A stretch of DNA of 63,613 nucleotides, the filler included, from an uncultured bacterium (GTDB lineage Bacteria; CAYJOG01), in NCBI GenBank assembly GCA_964371695.1. It is 28 parts of 28 records of this genome, joined end to end, with 100 filler letters (N's around TTAATTAATTAA, not from the genome) between each part and the next. Parts side by side here need not be neighbours in the genome. Positions count along the whole stretch, not along the records: positions 18,593 to 20,802 come from CAYJOG010000548.1; positions 20,903 to 23,105 come from CAYJOG010000549.1; positions 23,206 to 25,407 come from CAYJOG010000550.1; positions 25,508 to 27,708 come from CAYJOG010000551.1; positions 27,809 to 30,007 come from CAYJOG010000552.1; positions 30,108 to 32,298 come from CAYJOG010000553.1; 22 more parts are not named here. The stretch is one strand, 5' to 3'. This document shows, one piece after another, positions 20,222 to 30,221 of this stretch. The notes beneath the pieces are model-generated. The model made no database searches and was not told the DNA's origin. It saw nothing but the letters and a program-made list of their open reading frames with translations. Numbering within the stretch: the first letter of the stretch is position 1; the number at the start of each line of letters is the position of its first letter. The translations under genes were made by a program, and so were the position numbers.

Positions 20222-20328
20222 GAAACCATTATGAAGCAGGAGCAAGGGGTCTGTTTTCATGGGGCGACAGGGGTATTACAGTACGGCCTGTTCGACAACC
20301 CTCATCCTCACCCTCAAGGAGTCCCCTC

Positions 20329-20682
20329 ATGTCCGAATCACAAGGTCTCAAGTTCCTGCTCAAAAAACGCCCCGAAGCCATGAAGCACTACCTCAAGTTC
20401 ATGGGCGGCGCAGGTGAAAATCTGGATGAAAAAACCCGCATGTTGCTCACGGTGGTGATCGAAACGGTGAACTATTCACCCCGTGGCCTGAAGCACTACA
20501 TTCCCCGCGCCCTGGCCGCCGGGGCCACCGAAGACGAAGTGATTGATGCGATTCTTTACACCTATCCCATTTCCAGTCTGGTGAAGGTGGTGGACGCGAT
20601 GGATATTTTTCTGTCCATGGACCGCGAGGCGGAAGCGGAAAAGGTGCGGGCCAGAAAAGCCAAAAAAGCTGCGGAAAAGTAA
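20329..20682 (+). CDS. carboxymuconolactone decarboxylase/AhpD family protein
   Basis: LDEKTRMLL...HYIPRALAAGATEDEVIDAI; AGGAG RBS. Confidence 0.8.
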   Translation: MSESQGLKFLLKKRPEAMKHYLKFMGGAGENLDEKTRMLLTVVIETVNYSPRGLKHYIPRALAAGATEDEVIDAILYTYPISSLVKVVDAMDIFLSMDREAEAEKVRARKAKKAAEK

Positions 20683-20902
20683 GCCCTGCTGGTGCTTAAG
20701 AGTTAAAACAGGTGGTGGGGCCAGTAGCCACAGGCGTCTCACTCAAAGCTGCTAACTTTTGACAAAAAACCAACATCGTTCCCTCTCCCCTCTGGGGAGA
20801 GGNNNNNNNNNNNNNNNNNNNNNNNNNNNNNNNNNNNNNNNNNNNNTTAATTAATTAANNNNNNNNNNNNNNNNNNNNNNNNNNNNNNNNNNNNNNNNNN
20901 NN

Positions 20903-21341
20903 GCTGCTGAAAGACGAACGGGTGGATTTGCGCACGGCGGCGGCAAACGGCCTGTTGCCCCTGCACTCGGCGGTGCGCCAGGGCCACGAAGAAACCGTGC
21001 GCAACCTGCTGGATGATGGTGCTGAACTGGAAGCCACTGACCCACGGGGCCAGCGCCCCCTGCACTGGGCGGCCCGTGAAACCCTGCCGGGCATGGTGAA
21101 GCTGCTGCTGGAGGAAGGCGCAGAGGTTTCACCCGTCACCCTCAAGGGCGGCCCCCTGAACGTGGCCGACACACCCCTGCACTGGTCGGCGTTTTATGGC
21201 GACATGACCTCGGTGGAAACACTGGTGGACAAACAGGCGGCTCTGAACCAGAAAAACCAGGACAACGCCACGCCGCTTTACAAAGCCGTCAACCATCCCC
21301 TCGTCCGCTGGTGGCTCATCAAAAAGGGCGCCACGGAGTAG
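20903..21341 (+). CDS. ankyrin repeat protein (5' partial)
   Basis: GLLPLHSA, GQRPLHWAA, TPLHWSA, TPLYKA. Confidence 0.9.
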
Positions 21342-21347
21342 CCGGAC

Positions 21348-22133
21348 ATGCGCAACCAACCCGCCAAAGATTGCAAAACCCGTTTGCGCCGGGGCGTCTG
21401 GATGCTGCTGCTGGCTGGGCTTGTGGTTTTGCCCTGGCCCCAGACCCAGGCCCAGGTGGTTCCCTACAAACCCGGCCAGGGCAGCGGCGTGATGAAACCC
21501 GGCGGCAGCGGCGTGATGTTCGGCGGCCAGAAAAACCCCAATGCGCCGCTTTATGCCCTGCTCAAAAGCCAATCCCGTTTGTCGCTGCTGGCCATTCAGG
21601 ATGGCAACAAACCCCTGCACGGCGTGTTCAGTCTGGAGGGAAGCATCAACCAGCGGGGCGACGTGACCCTCACGCTGGATTTGAGCAGCGTGGACACGGG
21701 CGACGCCGTGCGGGACAAAACCATCGCCGAAGTCCTTTTTGGCGCTTCGCCCAACAAAAAAACCACCGCCCTGGTGTCACTCAGCCTGGGCGGCGCCACC
21801 CTCAACCGGGTGAAAAAAGGCGAAGCCTTCAGCGAAAAACTCAAAGGCACGCTGCTGCTGAACAATCAGAAACAGCCCTTTTCGGCCACGGTGTTTTTCA
21901 GCCCCGTCAAAACCGGCGGCCTGCGGGTGCTGAGCATGGAGCCGGTGGAGCTCAACCCCGCCCACTGGGGGCTGGACAAAAACCTCGACGCCCTGCTGAA
22001 GGCCACCGGGGCGGTGTCGCTGGGGCGCCCCGGGGGGGTGGCGGTTGTTATGGTGTGGGGGGGGCCGTTTTTTGGGAACCCCTATTGCCCATTTTTGTTT
22101 NNNNNNNNNNCGTTTGATCTGGTCTGGCGGTGA
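21348..22133 (+). CDS. YceI-like secreted protein (3' end low quality around scaffold gap)
   Basis: LDLSSVDTGDAVRD motif; signal peptide. Confidence 0.65.
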   Translation: MRNQPAKDCKTRLRRGVWMLLLAGLVVLPWPQTQAQVVPYKPGQGSGVMKPGGSGVMFGGQKNPNAPLYALLKSQSRLSLLAIQDGNKPLHGVFSLEGSINQRGDVTLTLDLSSVDTGDAVRDKTIAEVLFGASPNKKTTALVSLSLGGATLNRVKKGEAFSEKLKGTLLLNNQKQPFSATVFFSPVKTGGLRVLSMEPVELNPAHWGLDKNLDALLKATGAVSLGRPGGVAVVMVWGGPFFGNPYCPFLFXXXXFDLVWR

Positions 22134-22276
22134 CCTTTTTTGGGAACCCGATATGCCCCATTTGTCTTCCGCCGTCATTCCCGCGAAAGCGGGAATCCAG
22201 TTAAAGCCAAAAGGGTTTTTGACCTTTGTTTTTTTGCCACAGGCGAGACGCCCGTGGCTACTGCGAAGGCGGTGAC

Positions 22277-23023
22277 GTGACCCTTTATGGCCCACCCCGC
22301 GAGCTTTGGGCCAAGCCCCCGGGCACGGCGGCGGCGGCGGCGCTGGCGTGGGGCCTTGGGGGCTGGTTTGTCTATGCCCTGTCGGGTTTGTTCCCTGGCC
22401 CCGTGGCGCTGGCATTGGGCGGCCTCACTGGGCTGGTGGTATTTCTGCGGAACCAATGGCGCTGGCGCGCCAACCGCCACGCGCCCCACGCCTGGGGGCT
22501 GTTTGCCGACGGTCTTTTTCTCATCGGCCACGACTGGGCGCGGCTGATTCCGTTTGAGGACATCACGCATCTGAAATGCCTGCGGCCCCAGGGCAGCCAC
22601 AAGGCTTTTGCGGCGGCGGGCATTCTGGCCTGGCCCCTGATGGCGGTGGAACTGAAAAGCGGCGAGGTGTTCGCCGTGCCCGCCAACCTGCACAACCGCG
22701 AGGCCTTTCAGCACGCCCTTTCCCTGGCCACTTTCGCGCTGCGTTATCCCCCCTATGCCCAGACGCTGAACCGTGACCAGCAGGTGAGCCTGGGGGGAAT
22801 CACCCTGACACCGGCGGGTGTGCTGAAAAACGTTTCGCCCGATCACCCGGCAGTGCCGTGGCGGGGCATGCACCTGCTCACGGCGGGGCAGCGGTGGATA
22901 CGCTACCGGCCGCTGCAGGGCGTGGCCAACCCCATTTTGTGTGCGGTGGAAGACGTGGACGACATCGATGTTTTTTTCAGTCTGGCCCTGTCGCTCTGCG
23001 CCCGCGAAAGACGCCTGAGTTGA
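22277..23023 (+). CDS. hypothetical membrane protein
   Basis: two N-terminal TM helices, long ORF. Confidence 0.6.
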   Translation: MTLYGPPRELWAKPPGTAAAAALAWGLGGWFVYALSGLFPGPVALALGGLTGLVVFLRNQWRWRANRHAPHAWGLFADGLFLIGHDWARLIPFEDITHLKCLRPQGSHKAFAAAGILAWPLMAVELKSGEVFAVPANLHNREAFQHALSLATFALRYPPYAQTLNRDQQVSLGGITLTPAGVLKNVSPDHPAVPWRGMHLLTAGQRWIRYRPLQGVANPILCAVEDVDDIDVFFSLALSLCARERRLS

Positions 23024-23205
23024 CGCCCAGAAGTTCATTCGGCCCAAAGTGAGTAGCAGCGATGTCCCCATCGCTGCTGTATTGGTGCGGTGGGGACACC
23101 GCACCNNNNNNNNNNNNNNNNNNNNNNNNNNNNNNNNNNNNNNNNNNNNTTAATTAATTAANNNNNNNNNNNNNNNNNNNNNNNNNNNNNNNNNNNNNNN
23201 NNNNN

Positions 23206-23275
23206 GCCCTCTCCCTGAGGGAGAGGGCAAGGACTGGCCCCGCCCTTTGTCTACGTCAAATATGAATTTGCGCTA
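23206..23275 (+). mobile_element. partial TAGAGCA-type MITE, right end
   Basis: near-identical to 30152-30221. Confidence 0.7.
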
Positions 23276-23402
23276 AGGGTGCTTATCCAGTGGTTCCTCA
23301 GATTTGAAATGAGTAGCAGCGATGTCCTCATCGCTGCTGTGTGGTGCGGTGGGGACACCGCACCTACTCTTCATTTTTAAACAGATGAACCACGACACCC
23401 TG

Positions 23403-24299
23403 CTAACCAAATACCCCCTGGCGTTCCTTCAGGCCCTGTTCCAGCAGGGCGCTGATGACGGCCTTTACTTCGTCCACGTAACCCGACACCACCGCGTCAT
23501 CGGCGTCGGCGTCTCCCTTGAAGGTGATCGGCGGGGCAAAATAAAGGTGATAACGGGTGGGCAGGGGCATGAGCCCCACCGGCCCCAGCAGCGGAAAAAA
23601 CGGCGTGATGGGAAACACCGGCGCGTCAATCAGGCTTGCCAGCAGCTTGCTGTTGTGCAGGCCGGGGTTCTGTTCTTCGCTGCCCACCACCGCCACGGGC
23701 ACAATGGGGGCCTGGGTCTCCAGGGCCATGCGCATGAAGCCCAGGCCGAACTCCTGCAACTGATAGGCCTGATCAAAGGTCTTGTTCATGCCGCGCACGC
23801 CTTCGGGGCAGGCGAGCACCAGTTCTCCCCGCTCCAGCTCGCGGATGCAGTTGTGGCGTGTGCCCACCAGCGAGCCCATGCGGCTCACCAGCACACTCAT
23901 GAAGGGCAGCGTGCCCAGCCAGTATTCCCCCATGCCCCGCACCAGCCGGGGCGGCTCGCGGTCCAGCAGCAGCGCGGTGCTCACCATGGCCATGTCGCTG
24001 GCCACCTGCCCCGCGTGATTGGCCACCAGCAACACCTTGCCCTCGGGCACGTTGTTCAGGCCGCTCACCTTGCAGCGGAAGTAATGGTCATAACACCACG
24101 CCATGGCGGCGAAGTAATGCACCACGTCTTCGGGCCGGGCGCCGGTTTCGTCATATCCAAACTCGTTACGGTTCAGCGACAACCGCGACAGATGTTCCAG
24201 CACCAGTTGTTTGTAACCGGCGAAATCCAGCGGCGACAGGCGCTTGCGGGGCGAAAGTTCCGCCGGGGCTTGCAGGGATGCGCCGGAACGGTCGCTCAT
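23403..24299 (-). CDS. lysophospholipid/glycerol acyltransferase (PlsC-like)
   Basis: LLVANHAGQVASD (NHxxxxD-like), PEGVRG, PIVPVAVVG. Confidence 0.88.
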   Translation of the reverse strand: MSDRSGASLQAPAELSPRKRLSPLDFAGYKQLVLEHLSRLSLNRNEFGYDETGARPEDVVHYFAAMAWCYDHYFRCKVSGLNNVPEGKVLLVANHAGQVASDMAMVSTALLLDREPPRLVRGMGEYWLGTLPFMSVLVSRMGSLVGTRHNCIRELERGELVLACPEGVRGMNKTFDQAYQLQEFGLGFMRMALETQAPIVPVAVVGSEEQNPGLHNSKLLASLIDAPVFPITPFFPLLGPVGLMPLPTRYHLYFAPPITFKGDADADDAVVSGYVDEVKAVISALLEQGLKERQGVFG

Positions 24300-24706
24300 A
24301 TCTTTGGCGACGCCGGGCCGATCAGGCCCTCTACCGTTTTGCGCAGCGTGTGATATTGAAACGGCTTGATGAGCGCCACGCTCACGTTTTCGCGCTGGGC
24401 GGTGTTGCGCTCTTCTTCGTTGTCCTGGCTGCTCATGAGGCAAAGGGTGAGGTCGTGGTTTACCTTCAGGCGCTTGATGAAAGAGAGCAGGTCCATGCCC
24501 GGCGGGTCGGCAGTGAACATCACGAGGTCAAAGGTGCTGTCATTGAGTTGCAGCAAAGCGTCCCGGCTGGTGTCCGACAGCGTGATGTCATAACCCATGC
24601 GGCTCAGAAAACCCCCCAGGAGTTTCTGGTAGGTGTGCGAGTCGTCCACGGCCAGAATCCTCTTGGGCAGGGACACGGTGTTGGTTGCCGAGTTTGGAAT
24701 GCTCAA
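24296..24706 (-). CDS. single-domain response regulator, atypical receiver
   Basis: RILAVDDS..., DLVMFTADPPGMD, LIKPF. Confidence 0.75.
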   Translation of the reverse strand: MSIPNSATNTVSLPKRILAVDDSHTYQKLLGGFLSRMGYDITLSDTSRDALLQLNDSTFDLVMFTADPPGMDLLSFIKRLKVNHDLTLCLMSSQDNEEERNTAQRENVSVALIKPFQYHTLRKTVEGLIGPASPKI

Positions 24707-24744
24707 AGGCTAACAAAAAAGAAGGGGACTGGCCAGTTGGGAAC

Positions 24745-25248
24745 TCAACGAAACATCCCAGGGTCCACCAGTTTGCCTTTTTCAATCAGCATGAACGACT
24801 GCGTGACCAGACTGATTTCGTCGGCGATTTCCTGGCAGGCCGTCTGTTCTGGCGGCTGGCCTGGCTCGACCACTTCCCACTCGGTGCTCAGGGCATACCA
24901 CACCCAGCCCTTTTTGGCCGCCAGTTGTTCACCCATGAAGTCGGGTTTGTTCAGCAGGGCCTTGTATTCCAGAGCGCTTACACGGAACACCGTAAACAGC
25001 GTCTCGTTGTTGCACACAAACTTGGCAGAGACAGGCGACGCAGGGGCCGTTGTCACCTTGCCCACCCAGTGCATGGGCATCATCAGGGCGAAGCCCAGTT
25101 TTTCGTTGGCGACGTTGGGTTTGTGTTTTTTGAAACTGGCCACACTGCGGCCATGCAGGCGGGTGTTGATGCTTTCGGCATGGACCACCGAACCGGCGGA
25201 GAACACCAGCGTGCCCAGAAAAAGGTTTCGAAAAAGGTGAAGGCGCAT
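24745..25248 (-). CDS. hypothetical secreted protein
   Basis: AAAGGA RBS, signal-peptide-like N-terminus. Confidence 0.55.
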   Translation of the reverse strand: MRLHLFRNLFLGTLVFSAGSVVHAESINTRLHGRSVASFKKHKPNVANEKLGFALMMPMHWVGKVTTAPASPVSAKFVCNNETLFTVFRVSALEYKALLNKPDFMGEQLAAKKGWVWYALSTEWEVVEPGQPPEQTACQEIADEISLVTQSFMLIEKGKLVDPGMFR

Positions 25249-25507
25249 GGCGTTTGTTCCTTTGCGGGAGGGTGAAGGGAGATGATAGCGCAGCCTGAAA
25301 GCTGGACGTTGGAAAAGAAAAAAGCTGCGGCTCTCTGGCGTCATTCCCGCGAAAGCGGGAATCCAGTCAGACATAGGCAAAAAACATCTTTTCTTTTGAT
25401 AGTGGGGNNNNNNNNNNNNNNNNNNNNNNNNNNNNNNNNNNNNNNNNNNNNTTAATTAATTAANNNNNNNNNNNNNNNNNNNNNNNNNNNNNNNNNNNNN
25501 NNNNNNN

Positions 25508-25885
25508 GCCCTGAACAGGGCCATGCAGGGGCGTTATCTGGCCCGGCAGGTGGAGCAGGTGCGCCCCGATCGCCTGGCTCGCCATTTTCGCCCCGATGGG
25601 GACTATTTCGTGATTGACGAGCGGGTGAAGGGTCTGGTGAAGTTTGAAAAACACAACCTGCTGGAAGACCCTCTGGGCGGCCCCCACGACCTGCTTTTGT
25701 GCCGCAACGTGGTGATTTACTTCACCGAAGAAGCCAAGGACGATCTCTTTCGCCGGTTTGTCGAATCCCTCAAACCGGGGGGGTATCTGTTTGTGGGCAG
25801 CACCGAGCGGGTGGTGCATTATCAGGAACTGGGTCTGGTTTTCGCCAGCCCGTTCATTTACCGGCGCATGAAGATGGCGAAATAA
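25508..25885 (+). CDS. cheR: chemotaxis methyltransferase CheR, C-terminal fragment
   Basis: VKFEKHNLL...DLLLCRNVVIYF...LKPGGYLFVGSTE. Confidence 0.92.
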   Translation, partial: ALNRAMQGRYLARQVEQVRPDRLARHFRPDGDYFVIDERVKGLVKFEKHNLLEDPLGGPHDLLLCRNVVIYFTEEAKDDLFRRFVESLKPGGYLFVGSTERVVHYQELGLVFASPFIYRRMKMAK

Positions 25886-25988
25886 GCCGCTTTTTAGAGA
25901 GTAGGCGCGGTGTCCCCACCGCGCACAGACCTTAAGAAAATCAAGGGTTTTTGCCCTTCACGGCGGTGTGAGTTCGAGCGGAGGCACT

Positions 25989-26030
25989 CTGGGTGCCCAT
26001 TGGGGCACCCAGCCGCGAGAAGGCGATAGC
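25989..26030 (-). repeat. GCTATCGCC..TGCCCCAATGGGCA hairpin repeat; also at 50363-50404, 43787-43857, 60490-60550
   Basis: reverse complement matches 50363-50404; related copies share the TGCCCCAATGGGCA hairpin. Confidence 0.75.
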
Positions 26031-26145
26031 CCGCCGCTACTCCTGCGGAAAACCTCAAAGCGAAGCGTTACCGAATGGATGGAAAATATCTGCAAAACAA
26101 CCTTCGCAGATTTGGTTCTCTGGAAGAATTCAAAAAACCATCCCG

Positions 26146-27039
26146 TCAGCTCCCAACCAGATGTTTCACCATCCGCCCCGCCACGTCCACGCCGGTGGCC
26201 TGTTCCAGACCCTCGAAACCGGCAAAGGCGTTTACCTCCAGCACCACCGGGCCGTCGTGGGTGCTCAGCAGGTCCACGCCCGCCACGTTCAGCCCCAGGG
26301 CACGCGCCGCCTTCAGGGCCAGAAAAACCTCTGGCGGTGTGGGGGTGTGAGCCACTGCCCGACCCCCCCGGTGCAGGTTGCTGCGGAAGTCCCCCTCTGG
26401 CGCGGTGCGGATGACGGCAGCCACCACCTCGCCCCCCACCACCATCAGGCGGGTGTCCTGGCCTGCGGCCTCTGGGTAAAACCGCTGCACCAGCACCGGC
26501 TGCTGCAACAGCCAAAGGGTGTCCAGCAGGCTTTCCAGAGCCGCCCGGCTCTCGGCGAGCATCACCCCCACGCCCTGGCTCTGGTGGGTCAGTTTCACCA
26601 CCACGGGGAAACGGGCCGTGACAGGGTTGGCGGTGCGCAGGTGGGCGGGGTCCCGCACCAGCACGGTGGGGGGTACAGGCAGCCCCGCCGCCGACAGGGC
26701 CGCCAGACTGGCGAACTTCTCACAAGCCAGCGCCATGGCCTGGGGGGGATTGTCCAGCTTCACCCCCATGGCCCACAGGTGGCGGGCCAGCATCAGGCCA
26801 TGGGTCTGTGTGGACAGCCCCACCCGCAGCTGGGCGTGGCTGGGGGCGCACACCGGCTGGCCCAGGTGGCTCAGGGCCAGACCGGCGTCACCCACGTGTG
26901 CCTGCAAACCAAAGGTGTCATAACACACGGTGTCCACACCCAGCGCGGCGGCGGCCTGGGCGAGTCGGCGCACCGCGTGGCTGTCTGGCGTGCTGGAAAT
27001 CAGCGCCAGTTGAGGGAGGTTGGGGAGGGCCGGTTTCAC
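26146..27039 (-). CDS. RimK-family ATP-grasp ligase
   Basis: FPVVVKL...QGVGV, DTRLMVVGGEVVAAV.R....DFRSNLHRGG, GVDLL....LEVN. Confidence 0.88.
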   Translation of the reverse strand: MKPALPNLPQLALISSTPDSHAVRRLAQAAAALGVDTVCYDTFGLQAHVGDAGLALSHLGQPVCAPSHAQLRVGLSTQTHGLMLARHLWAMGVKLDNPPQAMALACEKFASLAALSAAGLPVPPTVLVRDPAHLRTANPVTARFPVVVKLTHQSQGVGVMLAESRAALESLLDTLWLLQQPVLVQRFYPEAAGQDTRLMVVGGEVVAAVIRTAPEGDFRSNLHRGGRAVAHTPTPPEVFLALKAARALGLNVAGVDLLSTHDGPVVLEVNAFAGFEGLEQATGVDVAGRMVKHLVGS

Positions 27040-27708
27040 AAAAAACCCGACCGGCCTTCAAAATTTTCCGCCACCCACCAGCCTTCTTCGGTGGCTTCGG
27101 CCAGTTGGGGAAACATCGGCACCTTGCCCAGCAGGCCGTCTACACAAAAATGGGGCATGAGCAGGCCGCTGTGGCCGGGCCATTGGGCCATCAACGCCAG
27201 CCCCGCTTCAATGCCAGTCTGAAAATGCAGCGCGCCTGCCTGATGGTCGCCATGGTGCAGGTAATAGGGCTTCACCCGGCGTTTCACCAACCCCCGGTTC
27301 AGCGCCAGCAGCACGTCAAAATCATCGTTCACACCCTTCAGCAGTACCGACTGGTTGAGCACCGGCACACCCCCCAGCACCAGGTTTTCCAGGGCGCGGG
27401 AGGACTGGGGGGTGAGTTCGGCGGGGTGGTTGAAATGGGTGACGCACCACACCGGGCCGGTGGCGCTGAGGGCCCTCGCCAGCGCACGGGTCACCCGCAT
27501 GGGCAATGTCACCGGCACACGGGTGCCCAGGCGAATGAGGTCCACGTGGGGCACGGCGAAAATGGACTTGAGCACCTCTAGCAGGCGTTTGTCCGAGAGC
27601 ATCAGCGGGTCGCCGCCGCTCAGGATGACCTCGCGGATTTCGGTGTGCCTGTGCAGGTAGGCCACCACTTCTGCCAGTTCCCGCGCCCCCAGTCCCAGGG
27701 GTTCCAGG
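27036..27708 (-). CDS. KamA/EpmB-family radical SAM aminomutase (5' partial)
   Basis: EVILSGGDPLML, IRLGTRVPVTLPMR, THFNHPAEL, NQSVLLKGVNDD, PYYLHH. Confidence 0.92.
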
Positions 27709-27808
27709 NNNNNNNNNNNNNNNNNNNNNNNNNNNNNNNNNNNNNNNNNNNNTTAATTAATTAANNNNNNNNNNNNNNNNNNNNNNNNNNNNNNNNNNNN
27801 NNNNNNNN

Positions 27809-28065
27809 GGCAGGGGCAGACCGAAATACAGACTCATGCCCAGCGCCCCGGCCCACAGGCCCGGCCACAGACCCACACCCCCCAGCCACAACCCGGCAAA
27901 CGCCACCGCCGCCAGGGGCCACACCACAAACTCGGCGGCGTCGTCGCCAAACAGCATCATGGGCAGCGTGGGCAGCAAAAACGCCGACAGGCCCAGCAGC
28001 ACCATGGCCAGCAGGCAACGGAGCGTGAGGGGAAGTTTCAGAAAAGCGGCCTGAAGGGTGTTCAA
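27809..28065 (-). CDS. MASE1-like membrane sensor domain protein (3' partial)
   Basis: VWPLAAVAFAGLWLGG..LWPGLWAGA. Confidence 0.55.
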
Positions 28066-28114
28066 GGCCCCGATAGCTTAGCAGGGCGGCGGACTTCCAA
28101 CCTCTGTCTTCCGC

Positions 28115-30007
28115 CTAAAACCGCGTCGTCACCCAGGTTTCAAAATTGTCGCTGTCGTCCACATAGTTGCCCACGCCGCTGTCGCCACGGGGGTCACCGT
28201 CGGGGGCGAATTTGTCCCAGCTGTGGCTGTAACGGAAACGCAGGTCGGTGCTGGTGGTGAGGCGGTAATTCAGGTCGTGGCTCAGGCTGTAACTGGTGCC
28301 AGAGGCGAGTGACGAAATGATGTCGCCGTTGGAAAGCTCGGTGGGGCGTTTGGTCTGGTTGAGGAACTGGTTTTTGGAAAACCTGAGACCATAGCTGGCG
28401 TTGCGCTTGGCGAAGTCCCAGTTCAGGCCCAGGGACTGGTTGAGAATCTTGAACTTCAGATCCATCGAGGCGGCCACGGGGTTGGTGGTTTCCTGGCCGT
28501 CCACCACGCCGTCGCCGGGGGTGTTCACGATGGGGTTGCCCAGGTCGTCCTTGATGATGTTCAGGCCGTCCTTGCCACNNNNNNNNNNGAAGGCTGTCCA
28601 GAATCCGCTGCTTGGCCCCCACGTTGATGTTGCTGATGCTGTAACTCACGTTGGCGTTGTCAGACAAAAAGTATTTGAAGTCCGCGCTTTTATAGGTGCC
28701 CCCCAGCCGCGCGGTGCGGGTGTTGAGCCAGTCCAGCACGCTTTCCAGCAGAAACCCGTCGTCGCCCAGTCCGTCGGCCACCAGCGGAAACTCGATTTCG
28801 ATGGGCCGGTTCTCCTTGAAATCCGCCATCACCACGCTGGCCTGATAATTGTCTTCGCTCACGCGGTTGATGTTCGCCAGGGCCACCAGCACGTCCAGGC
28901 TGTTGATCTGCAACGGCAGGCCCCCCAGGTTGAGCAGGCTGTTCAGGTCCAGGCCCGGCAGACCCAGGTTTTTGCTGGAGAAACCGCTGTTGAGGTGAAT
29001 GTAGCCCAGGGGAAAAATCTGGTAAGGCGGCTTGCCCCAGTCCAGCAGCATCACCACGCCTTCGCCGGTTTCCTGCTTGCGGGGCACGATGACAAATGTG
29101 TCCTCGTTGTTCAGGTCCACGCCGGTGTCGGGTTTTTTCTGGAATGTCCAGCGGGGGCGGGTGAAAGTGGAGTGGGCGTATTCGCCGGTGAAGAACACCT
29201 CGCGGCCCCCCAGCTTGGTGAGGGGATAACGCACCCACAGGCTCTTGACCACGTTTTTGGTGGGGGGAACACCACCCGGTCCTTGTCCGAGCTGTATTCG
29301 TTGCCGTAGTCGTTCTTGACGGTCTGCGTGGTGCTCCAGCTTCCCACCGTGCCGCCATAACTGTCGTCGTCCTGATACTCCCGCAGAAAGCTGATGCGCC
29401 AGATGCCCAGGGGGTTGTCAAAAATGGACCCCGACGCGCTGGCCCCGTAGGTGTAGGTGTCAAACCGGGGGCAGCGCGTGTTGCCGTCGCTGGCGCGGCA
29501 GGGGTCCACGCGGCTGCGGCGGCCAAACACGTCGATGGTGGTGTCGTTGAGCTGCAACTGGGCCAGCAGGCCCTGCGCCCCTATGTTGAAAAGCGTGAGG
29601 GGCGCGAGCCAGCCAAAGCTGATGTCGCCAAACCGCAGGCCCCGCAGATAAAACTTGGGGGGCCGGGGTTTGCCCCGCTGAAAGTCCACATAGTTGAAGC
29701 CAAAACCCCCCACGCGGAACCGGCTGCGGTCGCGGCCAAAATCGTTGGTGAAGGAAAACCCGGCCTCCACCAGGGTGTCCTCCTGGGGGTTGGGTTTGCT
29801 GGTGAAACTCAGGTTGAAGTTGCTCTGAAAATCCACGCCGGTGTTCTCATAAAACGTGCCGCCCGACCGGTAATAAAGCTGCTCGCTGCACTGCAAGTGG
29901 GCGCGGTCTTTTTCCTACTGAATGGTGCGGCGGATGGTGAGAAAGTCGGTGTTGTTGCGCAGGCTGAACCCCTTGCCCTTGGCCAGGGATTTTTTCAGGT
30001 CCAGCAC
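28115..30007 (-). pseudogene. large probable outer-membrane beta-barrel gene interrupted by an in-frame TAG (29915-29917), a frameshift at G6 (29262-29267) and a scaffold gap
   Basis: coding-like frames continue across the lesions; beta-strand alternation; C-terminal WVTTRF. Confidence 0.5.
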
Positions 30008-30107
30008 NNNNNNNNNNNNNNNNNNNNNNNNNNNNNNNNNNNNNNNNNNNNTTAATTAATTAANNNNNNNNNNNNNNNNNNNNNNNNNNNNNNNNNNNNN
30101 NNNNNNN

Positions 30108-30221
30108 CCCCCTCACCCGCCCGTGACCTCACATGCGTTCGGTCACGGTCTGCCCTCTCCCTCAGGGAGAGGGCAAGGACTGGCCCCGCCCTTTGTCTAC
30201 GTCAAATATGAATTTGCTCTA
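30108..30221 (+). mobile_element. partial TAGAGCA-type MITE, right half; its terminal TAG is the DUF1848 stop
   Basis: overlaps 41383-41426 in sequence; ends GTCTACGTCAAATATGAATTTGCTCTA. Confidence 0.72.

Noticed and set aside
22030-22170. Poly-G phase-variation tracts and duplication in the YceI-like gene
   Set aside because: The sequence before the 10-N gap is a noisy copy of the sequence after it, consistent with a low-quality read end.
29915-29917. Amber recoding or pyrrolysine use
   Set aside because: Single case in a gene with other lesions; TAG terminates several intact genes (1988, 21341, 33955, 36833, 38799, 41242).
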